From Mobula hypostoma (taxonomy: Eukaryota), in NCBI RefSeq assembly GCF_963921235.1, contig NC_086109.1:15750001-15814000 (forward strand): a stretch of 64,000 bases of DNA, written 5' to 3'. The notes below the pieces were generated by a model. The model searched no databases. It was not told where the DNA came from and saw nothing but the letters and a program-made list of their open reading frames with translations. Of this stretch, positions 35,491 to 46,943 are shown piece by piece (the first letter of the stretch is position 1; every line of letters starts with the position of its first letter). The translations under genes were made by a program, and so were the position numbers.

Positions 35491-36889
35491 AAGGAGCAGG
35501 TGTATATGTATACCCTTTGGCCACGGAGTATGTGTTGTACTGAGAACAGCCCGTATCATATTCCATGGTGCTACTGCAGTAGTAAATTGGATTGATTCAG
35601 AGTAGGTCTAGCAGCTCAAGTGGGGCCATTAATAGCAGAGTGGTATTCCGCTGTAATCTGTCGCTCTGTTGCTCAGAACATCTGCCATTCTGCCATTGCT
35701 CTTCAAGTCAGGGGATTAACCATGGTCCAATGAGAAGGATAAAAGAACAATATCAGATGTAAGTTAAAATGAAATGTTAATGATGTGAAAATGCATACAA
35801 GTTCAACTGTGGAAGCTGCATGCTCTTCATAAAGTTAAGTAATTTTACAATTATTAGATCAGGTCAAATATCTACAGTCCTTGCATATCCTGTCATTAAT
35901 GCTGGACAATTAAACAACAAATATAAGGAGGGCCCTCATGACTATCCTTATTTAAAGCAGCGTGATTATGCAAAGCAATGCCTCAAGAAGGTAGCACCAT
36001 CATTAAGGACCCCCTGCACCCAGGACATGCCTTCTTCTCACTATCACCATCAAAGGGGAGATACAGGAGCCTGAAGACACACAGTCAATGTTTTAGGAAC
36101 AGCTCCTTCCCCTCTGCCAACAGGTTTTGAAAGGTCCAAGAACCCATAAACTGCAAGACTTTGAAATGGCTAAACATTCTAGATAGTGTAAAAGTTATAA
36201 GATCTGATTGCAACTTTGCTTTAGCGGGGAAAAGGTTTGCTCCATAACTGGCTCTTCCTTTCTCTGGCCAAGCTATTCCAACTTTGCTGGAATAGTCCGA
36301 TAATATTCCCACACAATAAAAATGTAGAAGTTCAAAGTTCAAAAAATCAACTTTATTCACCATATATGTCAAAGGATTCAAAGTACATCTATTATAAAAG
36401 AGTGTACACATTGTATAATCTTGAGATTCGTCTCCTAATAGGCAGCCATGAAACAAAGAAACCCCAAAGAACCTATTTAAAATAGAAGCCCGTGAAACAC
36501 CCAATGCGCAGAGAGAAAAAAAATCAAGAAAACAGTAAATGCAAGCAAATAGCATTCTCAATTGAAGTCCACACAGACCCTTAGTTCAACAGAAAGCAGT
36601 GAACTAGTTCCAAACTAGTAATTGCTATCTTTATTCAGAAACATGATGCTCAGTTAGATTCTTTCAGGAGACCTTGGTTCCAGATCTTATCAAATCTGGG
36701 TCCAAGCTTGAACAAAAGTCAGAATTGCACCAATGAGGTGGGAGTGAGATCGTTTTTACTATATCTAGGTTGTTCAGCCATTTCACAACCTTAATGGAGC
36801 ATTCGACCTCAATGTAGCATTTGTTTGAAACAACGTTGGACTCAAAAAGGCAGATGCCAAATGCTGTCCACTAATTTAAAGATCTGCAA

Positions 36890-37200
36890 AGATTAAAGAT
36901 TAGCTTTATTTGTCACATGTGCATCGGAACATTGAAACATACAGTGTCGCGCACCATTTGCGCCAATGACCAACAAATGCAGTGTGCTGGGGGCGGCCTG
37001 TATGTATTATCATGCTTCCAAGTATGCCCACAACTGACTCTCCCTAACGCATACGTCTTTGGATTGTGGGAGTAAACTGAAGCACTGGAGAAAGCCACAC
37101 AGTCACAGGACAAACTCCTTACAGACAGCGACAGGAATTGAACCTGAACTTCCAATCAATCGTTGATGCTGTAAAGTGTTATGACAACCGCTACACTACC
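36890..37200 (-). mobile_element. V-domain tRNA SINE with Rex1-type tail
   Basis: GTCTTTGGATTGTGGGAG...ACAAACTCCTTACAGACAGCGACAGGAATTGAACC (V domain and B box); tail AAAGATTAAAGATTAGCTTTATTTGTCACATG. Confidence 0.78.
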
Positions 37201-37234
37201 CATACCTGGTCATTATCATATGTTATAATTACCT

Positions 37235-37615
37235 TGGGTGGCGGGGTGGAGATATGTCTGTACCAAAAGAGGTGTAAGATACTTCTTCCCTCCGCTAGCC
37301 TGCAGGTCACCATTGGGGAAGGTGTAACACCTGCTTTGCCCCCCCCCCATCGGGGTCAATGTGAAGCCAATGTGTCAGAGGGTTGTATGAGCAGTTGGTG
37401 CATATCACAAGTCCTGGTTCTGTGACCACTGACCCCAGGCAGACAATCTCTGAAGAATATTGATAATAGTTGGAGTCACCTGTCTTGTGAAGACACTGCC
37501 CAGAAGAAAGCAATGACAAGCCACTTCTGCAGAAAAATTACCAAGGACAATTGTGGTCAAAGATCATGACCACCCACATCATGCGACATGGCACATAATG
37601 AGGATGATGATGATA
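37235..37615 (+). mobile_element. RTE-associated non-autonomous retroposon (copy 2)
   Basis: Same start GGGTGGCGGGGTGGAGATA and same body as 34583-34962; (GAT)n tail. Confidence 0.7.
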
Positions 37616-39389
37616 ACAATTTCCTGCGATAAGGTTCACAATGATATTACCGACATTGAAGGACTTAAGTTATCAAGAGAGATTGAACAGGCTGGGGAAG
37701 TGAAAGAGGCTGAGATGTGACATGAAACGGGTATAGAAAATTATAAGAGGCATAGATAGGGTAGATGGCCGGAGTTTGATTCTGAGCATAGGTTTAAGGT
37801 GTGAGGAAGGAGGTTTAGATCTGAGAGGTACATATTTCACTCAAAGGTAGTTGGTATCCGGAATGAATTGCTGGAGGAGGTGGTGCAGGCAAGAATAGTA
37901 ATAATATTTAATATTTAAGAAGCATCTTGACAGGTACCTGAATGAGCAGTACAAAGAGGGATACAGAATTAATGTAGGCAAGTGGGATTAGAATTGATAG
38001 GCATGATGAGGTGCACTTGAAGGGCCTGTTACTATTCCGTGCACAGAAATATGTCAACTGGTCCATAGAATCAATAAAAATCTGTTCTGCTCTTCTGTCC
38101 AACATGTCAGAATTCTACCACCACTCTCCCACACTGCAGGTAATTTACAGTAGCTAATTGATCAAATGAAGCACGATTTTGGGATGTGCAAGGGAGCTGG
38201 AGCACTCGTAGAAGGAAGCTCACAAACACACACACACACCTTACCTTATTGTGTTCATTTGTTCTGCATCAGATCCAGAGTAACAAAAACTTCATTCTCC
38301 TCTACACTTGCGTACTGGAAATGACATTAAACAATCTTGAGATCTTCAGGTCACAAGGAGAACATGGAAACTCCTTCCAAAGGGCACCAGAGGTCAGTAT
38401 CAAGCTGGATCACAGGACCTGTGTGCTGGCTACAATACCTACTGTGCCTCACTCAAAATGCTGGAGGAACTCAGCAGGGAAGGCAGCACCTACGGAGGGG
38501 AATAAACAGCCGACGCCTCAGCCCAAAATATCAACTGTTCATTCCCCTCCATAGATGCTGCCTGACCTGCTGAGTTACATCAAGATTTCACACATTGCTC
38601 TGGATTTCCAGCATCTGCAGAATGTCTTGTGTTTGTATCCACTGTGCCACAGTTCAAACCGAAGGAAGAAAGCTGGGATAGTTAAGCGGTCAATCATCTT
38701 TGGTCTGAAACATTACTATCATTGTTCTCAAGGAAGTGTCCTACACACAACCACCTACAGCTTCATTAATAACCTTCCTCCCATTCATAATATCACGTTT
38801 GCTGATTGCACAGTCTTCAGCTCCATTTGCATCTCAGAGGTGATGAAACAGCATATACGTGTACACAGTAAAAGCTGAACAACATGTTGAAGAGCAATAT
38901 ATTGAGATTTCAGGGCCAGCATGCTACCATGGGAGTGATTGATCATGTCAGCAAGTCCAAGAAACCCTGGATGTCAAAGCATATGAAGGGTTATATGCTT
39001 AAAGAGAAAGCATATGGCAGTTGTACTGTACAGAAAACAAACAAAATCTTCAGGAGTATATACTACCAAAAAAGTAAGCAAAGGGTATTTAAAAAAAGAA
39101 AATAAGAGGGTAAAGAGGGGGTACAAGTGTTTTTGCAATGAGTGTAAGGGGTCCAAATGAAGGGTCTGGGCCAGAAACATTGCCTGTTTGTTCCTTTCTG
39201 TGGATGCTGCTGGATCTGCTGGGTTCCTCCAGCACTTTGTGTGTACTGCTCTGGATTTCCAGCATCTGCGGTATCTCATGTGTTAAGGAAAATCCCTTAA
39301 GGGCAAAAGGGCAATCAGTGAAAAAATAGTGTCCATCAAGGACCAAAATAGCCTAGAATATATTGCTTAAATGAATACTTCTTAACCAT

Positions 39390-39620
39390 AAACACAAGTG
39401 ATTTTGCAGATGCTGGAAAGCTTGAACAAGTCAGAATAAAAGACTGAAGGAACTCAACAAGTCAGGCAGCATCTATGGAGGGGAATTAGCAGTCGATGTG
39501 TTGGGCCGAGACCCTTCATCAGGACTGGAAAGGATGGGGGCAGAAGTCAGATTAAGAAGGGTGGGGGTATTAGGTGAGACCAGCTGAGGGGGAGGGGGGT
39601 GGAAGTTTGTAAGACCCAAG
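39390..39620 (-). mobile_element. Penelope-type repeat with the best-preserved hammerhead-like motif (39490-39527)
   Basis: Minus strand CAGTC-CTGATGA-A-GGGTCTCGGCCC-AACAC-ATC-GACTG. A plus-strand sister fragment lies at ~39150-39280 and an inverted pair at ~38455-38632. Confidence 0.7.
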
Positions 39621-40789
39621 GCAGACGTGTATAACTCTAGAGAGCTTCGATTTACAGTAAAGGGTAAGCATTCTAGAGGGGATTGGAGGAGAAAATTTTT
39701 CACCTAGAAAAGGACTAGAATCTGGATCACACTTCCTAACTGGGTGGTGGAGGCAGGTACTTCTACAACATACAAAAAGTATATAGAGGGACACTTGAAT
39801 TGCCAGGGTATAATAAGATGGCAGATCAAGTACTGATAGATGAGATTGGTACAAATGGTCACAATGCTCAGCCCGAACATGATGGGCACAAGGGCCTGTT
39901 TCTGTGCTGTATGACACTATAACTGTGATTAACATTCTAGCCTTGGGTAGTTGTGGCAAAGTTTGTCTGTGGGTATTTGCATACCTTATTTAAACAACCT
40001 GATTTTGGAAATTCAGAGCCAAGTGCAGCTGGGGAAGGAGATGAATGGACGGGTGACAGGGGGAGGAAATACTACCCTGTAATGGGGTGAATTTGCATGT
40101 CCGCATGTTGACAGTTTATAGTACATTTTCTATGGATAACTCAGTGAGTAGCACAATAAACACTTCCTCTTAACAGAAACAGAAGTCCAGAGGCTACACC
40201 TTAGCTATGGACATAACTGTATCCTTTTGACTCCTTCCAACCGAGAATTCTATCCATAGCTTTCAGGGAGTGGTGACAACAAGCAACACTGGAAGCACGT
40301 GTCTTAAACACAAAGAAGACACACTTGATTTCACCATGAACTTAACACACAACAATATCTTTCACTCATTACGCTGACCTTCAGATGCGCAGAATACCTC
40401 TGCTGTACAATGCTTTTGTGATGTAGGCCTCCAGGGTTGCTTGGCAAACAAATGTAGTGGTAGTTAATTTAGATTATTACGTTTAGTATAGAACAGTACA
40501 ATAATTTTTATCACAATTTACATTTTATTTATACACTGGCATTTATGTCCTTGTGAAACTTTGCCTTGATTTGTATTAATTTTTTCAATGGAAATTCCCT
40601 TTATAAGATGCTTTCAATGAAGATGGAAAGAGAAAGAAAAGTGGATTCAAGACAATCTTATTGCCCATGAAGTAACTGAATACCTAGATAGGGTAACTAA
40701 TGTACCTGGAGGTGTTTATAGACTGGCCTATTCTAAGTCTAGTTATACACAAAGGCATCCCTTGTTCAGCTCTTTATTAAGGACGAAAC

Positions 40790-41168
40790 AGAGTTTAGAA
40801 GAATGAAGGGTGGATCTCATTGAAACCTATCAAATATTGAAAGGCCTACACAGAGTGGACATGGAGAGAAAGTTTCCTATATTGGGGGAGTCTAGAACCA
40901 GAAGGCACAACCACAGAATAGAAAGACGTCCCTTTAGAACAGAGATAAGGAGGAATTCCTTTCGGTAGAGGGTGTTGAATCTGTGGAGTTCATGGCCACA
41001 GATGACCAAGGTGGCCAAGTCATTAGTTTCTTTGAAGTAAAGATCGATAGGTTCTTAAAAAGTAAGGTTGTAAAAAGTGACATCAGAAAGATAGGGATGA
41101 GAGGGATAATAAATCATTCTTGATGGGATAGCAGAGCAGACCCAATGGCTCTTAAGTCTTATGGTCTT
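40790..41168 (+). mobile_element. CR1 3' fragment
   Basis: GAGTTTAGAAGAATGAAGGG..GATCTCATTGAAACCTATCAAATATTGAAAGGCC; tail TCTTATGGTCTTAT. Confidence 0.82.
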
Positions 41169-41171
41169 ATA

Positions 41172-41717
41172 AACTTAGTAGCCATTTTATTAGACAATAA
41201 AGTGCCACTGAATGTATGTTCATGGACCTCTGCAGCTGTAGCACGATCCACTTCAAGATTCGATGTCTTGTGTGTTCAGAGATGCTCTTCTGACCACCGC
41301 CATTGTAGCTTGTGGTTATTTGAGTTACTGTCACCTTTCCGTTAGTTTGAACCCTTCTGGCCATTCTCCTCTGACTTCTCTCACGAACAAGGCATTTTCG
41401 CCCACAGAACTGCCATTCTCTGGATGCTCTGCATTTTTTGCACCATTCTCTATAAACTCCAGAGACTCTTGTGTGTGAAAGTCCCAGGAGATCACATCTT
41501 TGGAGATACTCTAACCACCCCGTCTGGCACCAACAATCATTCCACAGTCAAGGTCACATTTCTTTCCCATTCTAATGTTTGATCTGAATAACAACTGAAC
41601 CTCTTGACAATGTTTGCATAATTTTATGCATTGAGTTGCTGCTATGTGATTGGTTGATTAGATAGGTGCATTAACGAGCAGGTATTCAGGAGTACCTAAT
41701 AAAGTGGCCACTGAGTG
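41172..41717 (-). mobile_element. Internally deleted Tc1/mariner element retaining the transposase HTH region
   Basis: TIR TACCTAATAAAGTGGCCACTGAGTG followed by TA. ORF MARRVQTNGKVTVTQITTSYNGGGQKSISEHTRHRILKW is Tc1 HTH-like. Confidence 0.85.
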
Positions 41718-42384
41718 TACACCTGGCTGCAAAGAGATGGAAACTTTCACTGCATGAGAACTGAAGACTGAAAGCAGTTGCACAAAGCCATGACTTTGCA
41801 GACGAACCTGCCCTTCCAATATTGGTGTGGTTAGGGCTGACAGTTCCTTGGAACCTGTCAGTGAGGACTGTCAATATGTGTAGAATCTCCAGCATGAGTC
41901 AGTGTCATCTGGGAAGGAAAAGAAAGAACCATGAAGGAGAAAAATGTATACACAATACGAGCCTAATTGCTTGTTCAGTTTTTCAAGGATGAAGATAATT
42001 TTTGCTTGTTTGTTTCAATGTTATCATTCTACCAGACCACTTTGGGGTTGAAGTTTCACATGCTTGTAGTGTTTAGTTAATGATCATGTTTGCACCAATG
42101 AAACAAAATATAGAATAATAATATTTTTCTTAATTTTCTGTGTGCAAAGAAACCTTGATTCTGGTTCCCAGGTAGATGTGGTTTCATGAAGCCTTGAAAA
42201 TGGCAAAGAAGTGATCTTCTGTTAAATTTATTTTTGACAATGTTTTGGAAAAGAATAATTATCAAGCACGCATTAAGAGCTGATTTATTTGAATCCTGGT
42301 CGGTCAGGTATTAAGCAGAGGCCATATTCCTGATTGTTCAGGATTATAAAGTTTGCAACATTATGCAATGGCTATTTATTTTTA

Positions 42385-42612
42385 TTTTATATAGAGTAAC
42401 TAGCCCAATGAGGCTGCGCTGCCCAATTACACAAATGTGACCAATTAACCTACTAACCCATCCGTCTTTGGAGTGTGGGAGGAAACTGGAGCAGACGGAG
42501 AAAATGCATGCAGACTTGGGGAGAACGTACAAACTCCTTACAGCAGCAGCGTGAATTGAACCCATGTCGCAGGTGCTGTAACAGTTCTCAGCTAACCGCC
42601 ATGTTACCATTC
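42385..42612 (-). mobile_element. V-domain tRNA SINE
   Basis: GACCAATTAACCTACTAACC..GTCTTTGGAGTGTGGGAGGAAACTGGAGC; B box GAATTGAACCC; A box GCTAACCGCCATGTTACC. Further copies at ~44040-44295 (-), 44635-44940 (+), 53800-53990 (-) and 56150-56235 (-). Confidence 0.8.
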
Positions 42613-43650
42613 TGCCACATAACTCAAAGAGTATTGTAGAACGCTTGGGATATCATGTGGTTGTGAAAGATGCTATGCAAATGCAGACCTCTGCTTGCAG
42701 TAAATGTATCAGTTGTTATAACATAGGATCGTTTTCAAGAAAATGTCCAAGAAGGCTGCAGGCAGTATCAAAAGCTAGGCATATTAGAGAAAATATATGG
42801 CGTGTGTTGTAATGAAATGAAATATTAACGTGACAGAGTGGCACATTAAAGAGTTCCCAAGACCATACTTGTTCAATGAGGTATGTACCATAGGCACCAG
42901 GAAAATGCAGACTATTAGAGTGCAGTCGTGCAATGTTAAGGGTACATTGAGGATAGTATATTGGGGAATTCAATAGTGAAGAATGAGGTGGTACCATAGA
43001 ACGTTTCAGGGAACGGGAACTTAATGAAGGTGATCACTGCAAAGAAGGCAAAAATACTTGGCTATGAGTTCTTTCAAGCCCTGACAAATTCAGTCTAATC
43101 TGCCAATTCTCCTTTTAAAAGGAATATTTGGAACACAAAGCCTTTAGAGAAAAACCAATATGGAAGGACAACAAAGGCAACTGAGCAAGCTAGCTCAGGG
43201 CTCAGGGCAGGGTTTTGTGTGCCAATACCCAGTCTGGCTGTGGATCCTGGAGTTGAAACAAGTTCATAAGGGCTTACTTTTAGAGGGAAAGAAATGAAAA
43301 GTTATGAAGTTATGCTACACAGCATTAAACTTTGGTTGGACCATGCTTATTGTATCCTTTCTCGTCAGCCTATTTTGCCTTCTTTATCTATTTTAGTAGT
43401 TTATGGTAATTTTATGTCTTTGCACTGTATTGCAGTTGTAAAACAACAAATAAAAGTCATTTAAGTCAGGGATACTAAATCTGATCTTGCCTCTCTGGTA
43501 AATGTGTATGGAAAATTTACAAGGATGGAACAAGAAATATGAAGATATACACATTAATAAAGTATTGACAGGATTGAGATTTCTTTTTAAGTACAGTTCA
43601 TAATTTTGAACATCTCAGTTGAATCTTCCTTTAGCCTTCACTGCTTCTGT

Positions 43651-43652
<2 letters not shown>

Positions 43653-43697
<45 letters not shown>

Positions 43698-43735
43698 TGC
43701 GTGTGCGTGTGCGTGTGCGTGTGTGTGTGTGTGTG
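43653..43735. repeat. (GT)n/(GTGC)n microsatellite
   Basis: Read directly from the sequence. Confidence 0.97.
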
Positions 43736-46690
43736 CTTTACTAACTCAAGTACTAAGTATGCACATAGGAATTGACTGTGGGTAGATTGCGTCTTGTCAG
43801 GTTGTGTATCTAGAGACAGGAATATAACACCATGGAAACAATTCTGCACAATATTCTCTTCAAATTAAATTTCCTTTGGCAGCTAATAATTTTGTGAATA
43901 TGTTCTTTGATCCCTCAGTCATTGTATTGAACATAATTAATCTTGTGGATAAATACCCTTGGAGGAGAAGTTAGAAGGGTACAAAAGTTACAGGGGTTGG
44001 AGGTTTAAATAAAAATAATAATTATTATTATTATTGACATATAGCGTGGAGTACACTGTTCTGGCCCTTGGAGCCATGCTGCCCAGCAATCCCCCAGTTT
44101 AAGCCCAGCCTAATCACGGGATGCTTTACAGTGACCAATTATCCTACCAATCGGTATATCTTTGAACTGTGGGAGGAAACTGGAACATCCGGAAGAAACC
44201 CACAGGGAGAATGTGCAAACTCCATAGTGACAGTGGCAGGAATTCAACCTGGATCAACTGTACTGTAAACCGTTGTGCTTATCACTGCACTACCTTGAAT
44301 AATATTAAGGTAATTGAGTTAAAGAAAGTAAAAGTTAATAAATTCTTGGCATGGTATTATCCCTGCTCTGCTGGTAGTTCCTGAAATGAAAATTTAAAAA
44401 AAAGCAAAAAATGCTGGGAATATTCAGTTTTTATTTCAGATTTTTGGCATCTGCAGTTATTTGGCTTCTTTTTATATGAATGGACCTGTGATGTCATCCA
44501 GAGTTTAGTGTCAACCAGTGGGGCTTTCATTCATGAAAAAGATTGGAAAACCATCAGAATGGACATTAAAATTAATCAGTGCACACTCACACCTAATTTT
44601 GAAGGGAGCGCACACACACCCACAGGGATGACGGAAGGGCAGCAGTTCGCGTAACTCTTTACAGCATTAAGATCGGCGTTCAATTTCCACCACTGTCTGT
44701 AAGGAATTTGTATGTGCCCCCCCCCATGACCTTGAGGGTTTCCTCCCACAGTCCAAAGACTTAGGGATTAGGGATAGTGAGTTGTCAGCGTACTATGCTG
44801 GTGGAAGCACAGGGACACTTGTGGACACCCCCATGCCCTCCAGTACATCCTCGGTCTGCACAGGTTACTGACGTAAAGGACACTTCTCACTTTATGTTTC
44901 AATGAATTGACTTGCACGTGAAAAATAAAGTTAATTTTTAAATGTATTTGCATAAACATGCATACACACAAACAGAATGTAGGCATACACATTCAGACAA
45001 ATGAAAAATTTCAGCACCAAATTCCCAAAGCCTGAAATGTATGCCACAAGAATTTGGAGGCACTATTTTTGAGAACAAAATCATCTAGTAAAACACTTTG
45101 TCCTTTTCTATTGTTTTATCCAGATCTCCTATGACAGCTCTAGTTGCTTCATAACCATGGAAACTCATTGAATCTGGGAGAATTTCTTTTTGTGGAATCT
45201 TTTTTTTAACAATGAGCCTTGCATTGTGAGCTTTGTGTTGGCTTCCTAAACTTCCAGTGACAAAATCATGCAGCCCATAATCTAGTTCTTAACTGGGTTA
45301 CCAGCATCATCAAGGAAAGGGCTAAATCTATTGAGAACATAATCATTATTTTCGTTAAATGTTGAGTCTGTTTGAGTAGGTTGGATGGAACACAATGAAC
45401 AGGGGTCATGGAAACATGCTTCTATTCACAGAAGGCAAGCTATGAGAATTATGAATGAGGTACTCACGAGAACAGTACAAGACATTTATAAGGATTTCAC
45501 AATGGCAGAAGACCTGATATATTCATCTGTATGACCCGCTCTAAAAAAATTTCCAAAGTCTCAGTTAAATAGACATGCAATCTAATAAATTGCTACTCAG
45601 TTCAGTTACTTTGCAAGGCTAGACTGTCTTTAACTCTAATGGCAGAGTTTGAGCAAAGAATGGGGATGTTGATTGCAGGGAAATATTCTATGTTCTATGT
45701 TCCGTGAAATATTTTTACTTTGAAGGTCATAATCTCAGTGCGATGACTTGCTTCATGTTCACTCTGAGGAGTGTTCTGTGCCATGCAATGAGTCCATCAT
45801 AGTGATTGTTCCACATCCTCTGCATTGTGAGCCTCTGATTATCCTAATTAAAGGACGCTTCAGCTTTCATGAGGCACCAAGGTTTCCGGCAGACCTAGAC
45901 ATGTCTGTGCTGGCTTCGTCACAAGAGGCTTCCCACCTACAACCCACTCAGTCAGACTGATATTCATTTCCCTCTTTTCCAGTAACTTTGCTCACAACTG
46001 GCAAACTATAGGGTTCAGATCAATTGCAAGGAACAATGCACTATCTTTTGTGAAGTTTGGGTAATCTGAGATGCAGAGATGCTTGGAAGGGTAAGAGTTA
46101 AGAGCAAGCAGTATGAGTTTTGAAGTAAATACTTGTTAAAACAAAATAAAAACAAAATCAAGGAATTATGTAAAAAGGAAAAAAGACCAAATAAGCAACT
46201 TTTCCAAATCTGTATATTTGTTTTCAGTTTATCATCTTAGCAATTGTCTAAAAGTTTTACTGATCTCCAGTGTGACACACAAGGCCTGTTCTACATGTAG
46301 ACTGAGAACCTACATAGAGATGTTCTCCATGTGTTCTTGTTAGCTTTGTAATTAATTTTTAATTGCATCACATTGAAGGGCTTTGAGGTGTTTTCCTATG
46401 TTAAAGGCATCATATAATTTGGAAGTCTCCCCTACTTCCCCCAAGAATCCCTTCATGCCATGCACCATACTGATTATGATACTCCTTCACCATTGTTGGG
46501 TCAAAATGATGCGCATCTACCACCAGAGAGATCTCAGTAGTTTAGAAAGAAAACACACAATGGTACTCTCAATGCAATCACATCATTATGTTGAACTGTG
46601 AATAGGATAGCAGACAGTGGTCCTGTAAACACTCACAGGGTATGCATGTGCACACACATACACACATACACACATACACACACACACCCA

Positions 46691-46862
46691 CCCTCAGTGA
46701 CCACTTTATTAAGTACACCTATACATTTGCTTATTTATGCTATATGTAAACAGCCAATCATGTGGCAGCAACTGGATGCATAAAAGCATACAGACATGGA
46801 CAAGAGGTTCAGTTTTTATTCAGACCAAACATCAGAATGGGGAAGAAATGACATCTGAGTGA
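46691..46862 (+). mobile_element. Tc1/mariner 5' fragment
   Basis: TIR CTCAGTGACCACTTTATTAAGTACAC, then sequence reverse-complementary to 41555-41700. Confidence 0.75.
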
Positions 46863-46943
46863 TCAATGAATACGCGAGATCTGTGACTGGCTACAAAGGG
46901 AAGTGTACTGAGGACATCACCGCTATTACAACATCTATATGAG

